Shown here: positions 45,908-57,529 of the stretch, in pieces
How positions within the stretch are numbered: the first letter of the stretch is position 1
Layout: each line of letters opens with the position of its first letter
Assembly: GCA_043228905.1 (NCBI GenBank)
Contig: JBHGNT010000022.1
Location: 558,001 to 622,000 of the forward strand
Reading direction: 5' to 3'
From: Azolla caroliniana
Lineage: Eukaryota > Plantae > Polypodiophyta
DNA: 64,000 nucleotides
Notes under the pieces: model-generated
What the model was told of the DNA's origin: nothing
Seen by the model: only the letters and a program-made list of their open reading frames with translations
Databases searched by the model: none
Position numbers and translations under genes: made by a program

Positions 45908-48900
45908 TTATGTGAGCTTTTGCACCATAACTACACTGTCTCCTCTAAGGAACACCTGCAAGTAAACAATCTCTCTCTACAAAATTTTATAACAATTTAA
46001 TGCAATATTCAGACAAATTTCTTCTCTCAATGGTAGAATGAGTAGCTATGATGTTCTCTGCGATGTACAATGTTGTCATAATCAATTATTTTCCCTGAAA
46101 TTGACTCAATAAGCTAAGTATTGGCTTATACAACAATAAGCTAAGTGACAAACATCCAGAAGTGTAATGATGGAAATTGACAAAATGCCCTTTCTAAGTT
46201 GGGCATAAAAAAGATAACACTAATGGTTCCAATTATGATCTCTCCTCCATTAGTATCATGGTAACTGAATAATAATACAACTTCCTTTATTACCCAATTC
46301 ATATGTATCCAACCACTCTTACCCACCTAGGAATCAAAGATCTCGCTACTGGATCCCATTTGATCTAGAATATTCCACAAGGGACATACTGAGGACACCA
46401 AAATTATAAGCTTTTATTTATTTATTTACTGTCTATAATATTTATGATGAGATACATTTCCATAGGTTTTATACATTTGTATAAATGCTTTGCTGTCATT
46501 GGTCATTTCGAGATTTGGTAGATGATAATCTGTTGGGCCAAAGTTGTCAAGGAAGAAATGAGAAAAGAAATCAAAGCAAAGGATTCTAGCATTAATTTGT
46601 TGTGGAGGTAGCCAATAATATAGAACTAGGACAAGAACTTTAACTTGTATGCAAAAAAATTTGAAGAAGAGGGGACGAAGCATGCAACTGACTCCATGTC
46701 AGAGTAATGGGCATCTTCATGTCACCAGATGCCACTGCTGAACAAGGACAATTTGAACCCAGCTCATATATTGGAAGGAAGAAGCACCCCCCTGCACCAA
46801 ATCTTAGAGACTGGGAAAATACACCCATCAAGTTGGGCATACATATTACAATTTCCAAATGCAGTAGGAATAATTGCCTTCTGCAAAAAAGTGAGTCAAA
46901 CTACAGTAGTTGGATGGCCCTTATATCTTCCTAGAGAGTGGGAAAATACTCCAATTAAGCTCAGGCACAAATACAATTTTCAAATGTAGGACTAATTACC
47001 CCCTATCTTCCTTGACCACGACTTGATGAAGATTCAAATCAACCACAGAAAATGGATCTTACAAACCCACAAGGCAATAAGGTAGATTACCGTGATGGTT
47101 GTATTATCAATGGCAAGGCCATCGAATAGGGATTCCCTATGAGACAAAGAATCAAAGGTATATATTTCAGTTTGGCGCTGCAACAGAGCATTTAAGAGAC
47201 ACCAAGAATAATGGAAGGAAGAGAACATGGCTAGATGAGACATCCTCATTACAATGATGCATTATAACCCAAAGAAAGGTCTACTGGAATGTATGGCTTT
47301 CAATGGGAATCTGCATACAAATCAAGCACAATAAATAATGCAGTAGAAGGGTAAAGTGGGGTTGTACTTCTATTTTGCCTTACATTGTTTTAATCAACTC
47401 ATAAAGATCAAGAAATGCTGAAGCAAACTATGAAAATCAACGATCTGAGAAGTACAAAGAAACTAAATCACCCTACAGTATCCTATCTAGGAACATTATG
47501 TGGTACTCAAATTTAGGCAAAATATCTGCCACAGGAGACCAACACAGCAAAATAGTCAATTTGATACTTACAACTTGGAAGACCCAGAGCTAATGCACTT
47601 GATATTTTTAGAGGGCTCACGAACTTGTAGCAGCCCAGCTCAATCAAGATCAAACAACACAGAATATGGCAAACATCTATTAGAGCTAGAACCTCGACAC
47701 CAACTAGTTATCTACAACAGCATCAACTCATGGCCAGATTATGGCAGGCTTACATGTTTCGCTCTAGGAGTTGATGAAGCACAATTAACAACACATCATC
47801 CAACTTCCTACAAATGCGAGCCTTGATTGCACAAAAAAATTCTGCAAGCAAATGAGAATCCTCATGTTCCCAAAAAGGCACACTTATGAGGAAGAAAATT
47901 TTGGTATTTTCACCACCTCTTCATGTGAAAGACTTGAGCACTGATCGAGGCCATTTCAGAGAGCCCCGATGCCAATTGAGGACCCACAACTATGGCATTC
48001 TTAAGCGGTAAGCTTGTATAACAACTAGCAGAATCTCACACTACAATCTCCAGCTCACCTCATACAAAGGTTAAGAAGGCTATCTAACATCTTCAACAAG
48101 GACGATCATCGAACCACAGAGGACTTCATGGTGACCACCTCATAAATGAGGAACACCCTTGTCCCCACCCTCACACACATTTTCAATAGGGATTTGATAG
48201 AGGGCCTTCTCACTACCTGGACCATGCACACGATTGTGCCTCTCTGAAAGTCAGGAGACCCCTTCCAACCAGGAAACTATCAGACTATCATGACTGATCA
48301 CACTGGGATACAAGGCACATGATCCATACAAACACCAAATCATGGAGATCATTGCTCATCATGGTCAATCCACCCGAGAACAACCAGATTGGCTTGTAAA
48401 CTTCATCATAGACTCACTTCATCACATCAAACCAACATGGGATAACATGTCCCCTCACTACTCATCCCATGCAAATTAGTTATGCACTTCACACTTGTAA
48501 AGTCATCTCGAGAACCATTACAGATTACAAAGCTACCTCATGCATTAAATCATTACCATAGATCTTTAGGAAAGCTAGAGCTTTTATTTTTGTTTCAACA
48601 TGGATAGCTTGAATTCATGTTAGGAATAGTCAGAATAGAAAAACAAATCATTGGAACAAACTAATGTCTCTAGCAATTTTCACGTTGCCTAAATCATGAT
48701 ATATTTGAATTTCGATCACCCATTGTAGGCTTTGCATCCAAAGGTGCATGAGAAACATAAACTAATGAATTTCCACATAATACCCTCCAATGGTTCTACC
48801 AGACCCATCTTTGAGGCAGGTCAGGGAAAACATGGAAATCCCTTAAAATCACAGAATCACAGAAGATCAGGCCCAATCAGACTAGGACTGTTGATATAAG

Positions 48901-51900
48901 GAATAGAGGAGTAACTGTAATTTTCCCAAGCATGCAGGTCTCAACCTCAACATCTTCACAATCACAAAATCCAAGGTACCATCTCCTGACCTTGAAGAAT
49001 TTTTCTGTGCTTTCAAGGCATTTTATCTTCAACCAGCATATGGTGGAGGTCTTCAAAAGATAAAGTGTGCCATCTTTCATACCCACAGTCAAACATCTGG
49101 GATACATTAACCAGGTTTTATTCATTGATCTAGATATTGTAGTGAGATGAAATCATAGTTAATTCTTGAGGAACAATCTTGCCCTTAAAGACATTAAATA
49201 TCTCATTTTCTGTATCATTCTTACTTTCTCAGAACCTACATGAGTTTAAACAATTAACAATGAAACAAAAGAAGCGGTACAAACTGACACCATAGGACAA
49301 GCAAGGTACTTTATGAATATTAATGTCCAGTACTTAATACCTCTGAAAGCTAGATAATAGAGCATTCCAAGAAGCAATGAACAAAATAGCCTATATCCAA
49401 TGTATGCATACAATGAATATAAATTGCACAAACAAGAAGACAAACAGAAAACAAGGAAATGAAAAATAGCTTAACCTGCTTAAGGTGCCTTCGTCTATGC
49501 TCCAATTTGGGAAAGACATGCAATTCTTTCAATTTTTCTATAATAACATCTACTGTAGTTGAAGTATCAACTATAAGCTCCTCATTTGTAAGCATGTTTT
49601 CACGTACAGTATCACAATCCTCTTCATCTTTATCTTTAGTTACCGTATTTACTTGTATTTCAGCCAATTTTCCACGACGATTCACAAGGCGGGGCACCCA
49701 GCGGCGAACTGTTTGTCCAGCATCAGTCTATTCAGAAAATCTGGCCTTTGCCTGACACTTCCAAAATTCTTGGTATAATTTATAAGCATGCAGTATTTAA
49801 TTTTATACCTGTCTAAATGCATTAATCATAGACGTAATAAAAGAACACATAATAAGTACTAACCTGAATATTCTTCATCGATGTCACGTAGCAACTGTGG
49901 GAGAATCATTTAATACTTACTGCATTAACAGAACAAAAATTATATGCATGAAAACTACAGTGCTTCAGAGCATATACCAGGTTCAGATGCTTATCAAAAG
50001 CAAGTATAAAACCACTGAGTGATCCTCGAACACCACGGGAATGTCTTGTCCAAACTTTTACACGTACATGATTGAAGTAGCACTCTGCTAGTAGTCCTAA
50101 AGGACCGTGCTTCAACTTTTCTGCAAATGAACATTAAGAATCTTATGCTTCACATCTTCAAGACATCTAAAAAAGCACGAATTGGTCAAAAGCACAACCG
50201 AGATCTTCCTTATAAACTCCATATACAATTTCCCAACAGGTCCAACCACCCATAGCCCCATGGACTAAAATCTTAGGGAAGATAGAAAAGGGCTTTTGGA
50301 CATGCAGGTTGCTTTTCAATGCTAGGTCTAAAATAATAAGAGAATAGTACAACTCTGAATGCTGATTAACTCTGTATACACTGTTGGTCAAGAAGGGAGA
50401 CGCCAAAAGTATCTGTATATCAGTTTGCTATCCTATAAGCATCATGTACAACAACCAAAACGAAAATTATACCTGCAATATTGTCAAAAATCTTCACTTT
50501 GCGGTCTCGTTCTGCAGCTTTGAGTAATAATACAGACTTATGTGCCTGCCATAAAGTAGCTTACTTTAAAAAGCCTAATTTATGACATCTTGGGCTATGA
50601 GATACACACTAAACTAGAAATAAATGTTGAGAGGAAGAGATTTTGATATCGTGGAAAACAGTATAATATTGACGATTCAATAGGCAGAAAAACTTCATTT
50701 ATGCACATTGACCTCTTCAGACCTTCCAAGTTTCAGAGAAGAGAATTAATAAAGGGAAAGAAAAGAAGTGTAATGCAATATTCTGAAATGGCCAAGAGAG
50801 TGCCACTCTCTTGCCCTGCCATCGTATGTTCTGAATGATATGTAATAGCATGGTCTCGAAATGACAAGTAAATTTTCAAAATCTATAAGCTGCCATTTTT
50901 AGCAACCACACATTAAACCACTTTTATATAGGTAAGCAGAGAGATTAGTGAAGTAACTTGTATAAAGGGACGATGGGGTTAGTTAACAGTATTGTTAACA
51001 AAAACGATACAGCAGAAAGAACAGAAAATTTCACCATGTCATCAACACCAGCTGAAAGAAAATATTTGAATGTAATGCTAGCTAAATATGGCATTTTCTG
51101 AGGTTGGATCATAGCATATCTCCATGAGAGGTTCTAATAATTCCATCTCTCAATTCTTGAAAATGCTCCAAAATTGGCTTCTATACAGTTGGGCAGAGCT
51201 ATCTCTTCATAAAGGAAACTAACAGTTCAATCTTTTCAGTCTTGAAAAAGGGATGAAAAAAGAAAAGATCAAAACACAAAGGAATTCAAAGACAATGAAA
51301 AATCTGAAAGGATAAATATGAAACAATAATTTCCTGATCTTCCAAACTTAGTATACCAACAAGGCGGTTATGACTTGAATGCTTAAGATATGAAAGTTCT
51401 CAATAAAAGCTACATCACATTTAGAGAGATTAGAATCAAGTTCCTTTCACAAATATGAGGTAAATTGTCAGCTTTCTACGTTGACCCTAGTTACACTGAG
51501 AGGTTATTAAGTGATACCTTTGCTCTTTCCTGAGCCAGAATAGACTCTGCTGATCGTGGTGCTCTAACTGGAACATTGGCAACAGATTCCGGAACTTCCT
51601 GTTTCCATACATTAATTGAACTATTCAGAATGCTTTTACTTATTGAAAGTATTTGGGTGGTGAGAAGAAGCAGAAACATATTTAAAACACATTATTAACC
51701 TCTGGTAAAATACGTCGGCAGGAGCTTAAATTATCTAGAGGCCGAACACGTGGATTGGGAGGAACCAAATCTTTTGTATATAATGCTTGAAGTGCATCAA
51801 AAGCTGGCTAATAAAAGGCATGAATAATCATAAAAAGAAATGTCAAAGATAAAATATACGATGAACCTGCCAATTTGACTGATCACAGCACACTTACAGA

Positions 51901-53483
51901 GAAGAAGTCCAAGGAAACTGGAGACAACGATAAGACTGAATTCTGACCTGCAAACATACTCAAAAACTTGATTCAGATGCAACCAACACAACTCACACAA
52001 CTGAGGATAAGGATGCAGTGAAACAAGGTAAGCAAGCTTTCGTGTAACAATCAGCAACGGTTCGGTTTGAACCAAACCGAACTGTAGCCAATTGTTACTT
52101 TCGTGGAGGTAAATGAATGCTTGAGGATAAGGAACTCAAAAACTTGTTTCAGATGCAATCAACATGACTCACCCAACTTGAGGATGAGGATGAGGATGCA
52201 TTGATATAATGTAAGAAAGCTTTCGTGGAGGTAAATGAAGGATCATAAAGACATTTTAAAATTGCCAAGTTATTACCAAACTCTTGCACATCCTTATCAG
52301 TTTTGTTTTCGAAAGGGATAGACCCTTCTTCTGTGTGACTCTCCAGAGGCGATACAAACTCCTGAAATACAAAATAATTTGGATTGATTCGCATCCGAAA
52401 AAGCAGAACAACGATATATATGAAGTTGATAAATTAAATACAACTACTGCAAGATAAGCACTGCCTTTGGCACCAGCTTTGATAAAAGAAATACAAATTT
52501 TGACATATTTAGCTTTTTCAAATTACATGATAAACACTTCAAGCAAGATAGAAAACACAAGTTTAACACAACTTTGAAAAAAAAGATAAAATCAGAACGA
52601 TAATAAAAGGCCTTTGGAGAGATAGCAATGCAAGCTTAATACAAAAAAATTCCATTTTTGTTTTCCAAAGAATGAGATAATAAGAACATTAGGCATGTTT
52701 GCAAACCAAGATTCTCACACAATGTTGACATTTTTCTTTTATTTTTCACAAATGGAACAAGTAGAATGTTCAGCAAAAAAAAGAAGCAAGCTTAAAAGAA
52801 AATTTCCCTCTTTTTTTTTCAAAATGGACATAATAAGAGCTTTGGACAGAATAGTAAAAACAATATTTTTGCAATTAAATCCCAAAATAAGGACATTAAG
52901 AAAGATAATGAGGCAAGCTTAAAATAAAATTTACCCTTCTTTGTTAGAGACTAAGGAATGGAATAAAATGAACCTTAGGCAAGATCGCAACGCAAGCTCC
53001 AAGATTGGGTAAGGGCTCCACTGAACTGTTCGGTGGCTGCAAATCGAGAACATGCAGAGCTCTTGATGGATCAAAATTAGGCTGCAAAAGATAATTCAAA
53101 TGAAATTAGACATGATCAGATATAGGATAATAAATTAACAAGATTCAAGCATATAACATGTATGACATAGTGCCATAGAGAAAAAAAACGGAATAATAAT
53201 AATAATAATAATAACAAAAATATATATTTACACAAATTCAAATTACGAGGTCGCAAAGAAAACATCTCAAAGGCATAAGAAATAGTGCCAAAGTACAAAA
53301 TAAAATAGAACACATATTTAAAAACTCAAGGTAATACAGATAAAAATAAGTTTCAAAGGCAAAGACAGGGAGCAAAACTTAATAATCATTATCATAGCTA
53401 CAGACCGAAGTAAAGTTGAAGGAAATCTTCTCTTCTGCAGGAGGGTACGCTGCTTCTTCTTCTTCTTCTTCTTCTTCTGCCAT
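45908..53483 (-). CDS. LSM11: Lsm11-like U7 snRNP Sm-like protein, about 309 aa; exons 53483-53406, 52361-52277, 51947-51898, 51807-51700, 51598-51518, 50545-50473, 50120-49978, 49894-49864, 49708-49476, 45955-45908
   Basis: N-terminal LDFFSPAFDALQALY...PPNPRVRPLDNL; Sm1 GPLGLLAECYFNHVRVKVWTRHSRGVRGSLSGFILAFDKHLNLLLRDIDEEY; long Sm1-Sm2 insert; Sm2 RRHLKQVFLRGDSVVMV; GT-AG exons join in frame without stops; first two exons less certain. Confidence 0.82.
47500..48300 (+). mobile_element. Decayed LINE fragment related to 13075-15760, in the last LSM11 intron
   Basis: YGKHLLELEPRHQLVIYN...LTCF parallels FGHHLLKLGSRHQMIIYN...LTCF; IEDPQLWH parallels IEDPNTWH; KSGDP..PGNY. Confidence 0.7.
52045..52097. 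mobile_element. 53-bp minimal hAT-type MITE in LSM11 intron 2
   Basis: TAACAATC.GCAACGGTTCGGTTTG...CAAACCGAAC.GT.GCC.ATTGTTA with exact 8-bp TSD CTTTCGTG at 52037-52044 and 52098-52105. Confidence 0.85.
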
Positions 53484-53647
53484 TCTAATCAGTCATTTTT
53501 AGACTGCGGGATCATTTCAAAATATTGTTAAAGGTTTCTTCTTATTCTTTCCTTCATAAATATATGTATAATGTAATTACACAAATACCCCTCAAGGTGC
53601 TTTCATGAAATCTCCACATACCCTTCTTCCCAAGTAAAAGAAACAAC

Positions 53648-54072
53648 TAACAATAATCGGCAACGGTTCGGTTCGAGAGGGCCCAAACCGAACCGTTTAC
53701 AATTTCTATTTTAAAACCTGAACCACGAAACCGTTAAACCGAACCATTAAAAAATATATATTCAAAATCGTTAAGCCATTACACCAGTAAAACCACGGTT
53801 TTGTGGTTCGGTTTCAGTCTTCAGCTTAGGTCAAGTTTTAAATTTAAAATTTTAAAATATTAAAATATTTCATTATTTAAACTTTAAATTTTTTTAAAGA
53901 TTTTCCTAAACTGTGACAATAAGCCATGAAAATGAAAAGATTGTTTAAAAACAATCTTTTAAATTTTTTAAAAAAAATTTAAAACTTTTTTAAAAAATAA
54001 AAAATTGTTAAACCGTATAAGCCGTAGTTTCGCGGTTCGGTTTGGTTCAAACTAAACCGTTGCCGATTGTTA
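53648..54072. mobile_element. hAT-type MITE, 425 bp, in the LSM11 upstream region
   Basis: TIRs TAACAAT(AAT)CGGCAACGGTT...AACCGTTGCCGATTGTTA; exact 8-bp TSD GAAACAAC at 53640-53647 and 54073-54080. Confidence 0.9.
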
Positions 54073-56224
54073 GAAACAACTTAAAGAGCTTACACAATGA
54101 GGCAATGTAGGGGGAGCTTTCTGTTTCATGCATTTTGAACACAAAGCTTCGTGTGCAATATTGTTACTACATGCTCTTTCTTTCGATGAATACAAACAAA
54201 TTATATGCTCATTGCGATTTACAGCACAACCTCAACACATAAAAGGTTGTGGGACACTCTCAAATGCTACGAAACAAGAGGAGTATTTTTTGTGGGAAAA
54301 GAACCCCCTAGATGATCTAATAGCCAAAGTTTTCAAATAAGTTTTCCATTTAATTTCCTTAGATATGCTTGTCCTCCATGTCTAACATCGAACATAAAAA
54401 ACATCATATCGCGATGACACCATAACCCCCAACATGCGAAACTTAAAGTGAAGTATTGGTGGCTTGATGTGTATAAGGATGTGGCACACTACAATTGAAC
54501 ATGCAAGAGCTACTAGATCTTGATCTTTGTAGATTAATTGGAACCTAATCTACTTATTTAATGTCATCACAAGTTTCAAAACTTAAAGCTTTTTATCTTA
54601 AGTGTTTGGGCCACTTGTAACTTTGGAACAAGTTCCCTATAAATGTCACCTATGTGCTTTATCACTTTATTTCATAAATTCATGTCTTTCCTTGCTTCTC
54701 ATAAGTATTTAGTTGGGGTCCGAGGTCGAGTGCATTTTCCATCACTGAGGTGGCCTATAGTTAAAGCACACTTGCAATGTGAGGTCATGGAATTGAGCCT
54801 ACTTGAAGAAAACTTGCAATATTATTTGCATTTGTTTCATATCGGGAAACAATTGCTTCATGACACTCACACTCTCTAAACTTGTGCCCCTGTTATGCAA
54901 GTTCACGTCATCCTATAGGATCTACCTCTTGTTCACTAATTCTTATTCATCAAAGTGAAGTTTCATAACTTCCCTTTGTTTTAACAATTTAATCGCGTTC
55001 CTTACTATTAGAACATTTACCCATCCAATTCAGTGAGGAAGTGGGTGCTTTTGTTGGTTGTCTATTTTACTTTACATGGTTTTTGGCAAACCACCATCTA
55101 GCATTTTGGAGGTGATGGATCATCTCAACCAACTCAGCCACGATTGTACCTCAAACCGGTCCTTAAACCACATATTTTCTTGGCCTCAATGCCACTGATC
55201 ATATATTTTCTCTCTTATTGAGCTCTTCGTTTGGTTGGAGCTGCTATAAAAGGAGACTACTTGTTATCCCATTTACATCACTTGTTGTAGCACCCACATG
55301 CTTTCATAACCGCCAACCAACGAAAATGAGACCATCTTCATTTTCTATGATAAGCCCAAGGTCTCGTCTATCTATTGTATCCACCATTATTTCAAAATAG
55401 TAGCACTTTTCTTGAGTTCGACATGGTTCTGGCAAGTGTTGATATTTCAGTAAATCTTTGTTCAAACTCTTGTAGCATGGCTCCAACACTCAATCCATTA
55501 GATCTTCCTTTTGTCTAGGATGACTCATCAAGTTTGTATTCTTTGAGGATCCTATTGAAAGACTATTGATTTGGGCTCATTGCTTGAATTTCTAGGGTAT
55601 GGTGATGAAGGTTGTCTAGCTACGGGTGTCTCTCTCATCTACATCTCCATTTTTTAAGATTCTTTGTAGCAGGACACATCTTTTAGTTGAAGTGACCATT
55701 TGTGTCCACAATGCTTTCTATGGCCTTGTCAACCCCTACCGTATTATCCCTTTTGTGGAGCATATGGTCCATCCTCATCATCACCAAATGAGCAAAATCT
55801 TCACTCGACACTCCAATCATCCTCCCTTGACTCTTGTTTCTTGTAGGGTTCAATAAAGATTTTGCAAAGATCCCCATGTACGTGTAAACCGTGACCGGAA
55901 CCACTAGGAACTTGAACAAGAGAGATGGAATTGACCCTAGTTGTTGGCTTTAGATGTTTATATTTAACTTCCTTGTATACATGTGTCTAGAGATAGGTGT
56001 GTGTGATTGTGGGTGTGTGCATACGGATGTTCAAATGAGTATGTATGTGTTATGTACATGTACATATATACATTTATTATAATGTGGAAGTGTGTAACCG
56101 TGAATATATATGGAGATGTTTGCGCGTAAAAGTATGTGTGTGCATTTGGATGCTAGTGATTTGTGTTGGAGTAGATGAATATAAATATATATGTACATAT
56201 ATACGTTGTTGAGCGAGCAAACAC

Positions 56225-57529
56225 AAAATGGGTCGAACCAGTTCAACAAGCTGGTTAGGCCTACTTAGGTCGATAAGCCTAAGCTCCAGATTGCGTTCCG
56301 GATTGGCTGGATAATTCAGATGATGGACCGGACGATGGAGTGACTACGGAAGCCGATCTAGAACATCACACGCGCCGATAAGGCCTATTTTAATAGATAG
56401 GCCTAATATAGGCAATTGGTGTTAGAGGCTCTTTTAAGAGCATTGAAGTACATGTTAGTACTTCATGACAGCTCTGTCAGACGGGCTTGTATATATAAAG
56501 TGTCTTTGAGCACTGTAAAAAGAAGAGATATGTGTGGAAGTATATGCGGAAGACATAGAGTACACAATCGATTATCCAGAAATATAACAGTCAAGTAAAC
56601 ACATAGTAAAGGTGAGAGAGAGAAAGACTGAGTGAGCAGACAACAAACTTCTATTACAAAAAAGCTTAGTTCTAAGTACATACAATGGTGCCCAAATGCA
56701 CTTTATATATACAAGCTCATCTGATAAGGCTATCATGAAATATTGACACGTACTTCAATGCTCTTAAAAGAGCCTCTGACACTAACTGCCTATATTAGGC
56801 CTATTTACAAGAATAGGTAGATCATTTGCACGTGTGATGTTCTGGATCGGCTTCCATAACCGCTCCGTCATTTGATCTGGATTCGTCATCGGATTCGATA
56901 TCCGGTTTGTCATCTAGATTTGGCATCCAGCTTCTTGAACTAGTCTGACATCCGTTCTGGAACCTAGCTCGGAGCTTAGGCTTATTAGCCTAAGTGGGCA
57001 TAGCCAATTGGATCATATCCAGTTTGGCTTGCCAACTTGTCCAACCGGTTTGACTATTAAAAGACAAGCTCAACATGGGCCGAACCGGCTGAAGAAGTCG
57101 AGAGGCGGATTAGATGGAGACTGATTGGCTAGGCCCGGATCGGTTGCATAAGCCGAAAGCCGAATCAACTACTGGGCCAAATTGGATGGTCGAGTTGGAT
57201 GGAATCCGATGGGGCGTTAGGGGCCTATATTCCTATGTTAGTAAATAGGAATATTATAGGCAAAGTTAGTGCCAGGCTCATTCATGAGCATTAAAGTACT
57301 GATAGTACTTCTGTTAGCCCACTTGTCAAGGTTTGTATAAAATGTGCTCACTGAGCACGTTGTATGTACAGAGTGTTATTATTTTGAATACAAGTTCTGT
57401 TGTTCGCTCTCTTTGTCTCTCTCTATGTATCTCCATTCTCAGTGTTTACCTAATTGTTGTTACGTTTCCGGATAACCAACCGAGTACTCGGGGTCCTTCT
57501 ACATAACGCTTCCGCACATATCTTTTACA
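56225..57529. repeat. Cluster of three related copia LTR pieces: truncated + copy (~56225-56511), - copy (~56512-57055), + copy ending at 57529
   Basis: 56270-56510 is the reverse complement of 56698-57000 with divergence; the reverse complement of 56512-56697 resembles 57340-57529 and both end TTTACA. Confidence 0.75.

Noticed and set aside
46000-46022. AATTTGTCTG on the minus strand, resembling the U7 Sm site, in the last LSM11 intron
   Set aside because: Imperfect match, no following 3' stem-loop, expected by chance in AT-rich DNA
52173-52361. Longer 189-nt in-frame version of LSM11 exon 2 ending at GTGAGT
   Set aside because: It would bypass the LDFFS exon; the shorter phase-1 exon restores the conserved motif
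54600-55900. Possible very old Ty3/gypsy RT remnant on the minus strand (CYKSLNKD..KY..LP)
   Set aside because: Only one weak motif; too decayed to support as a feature
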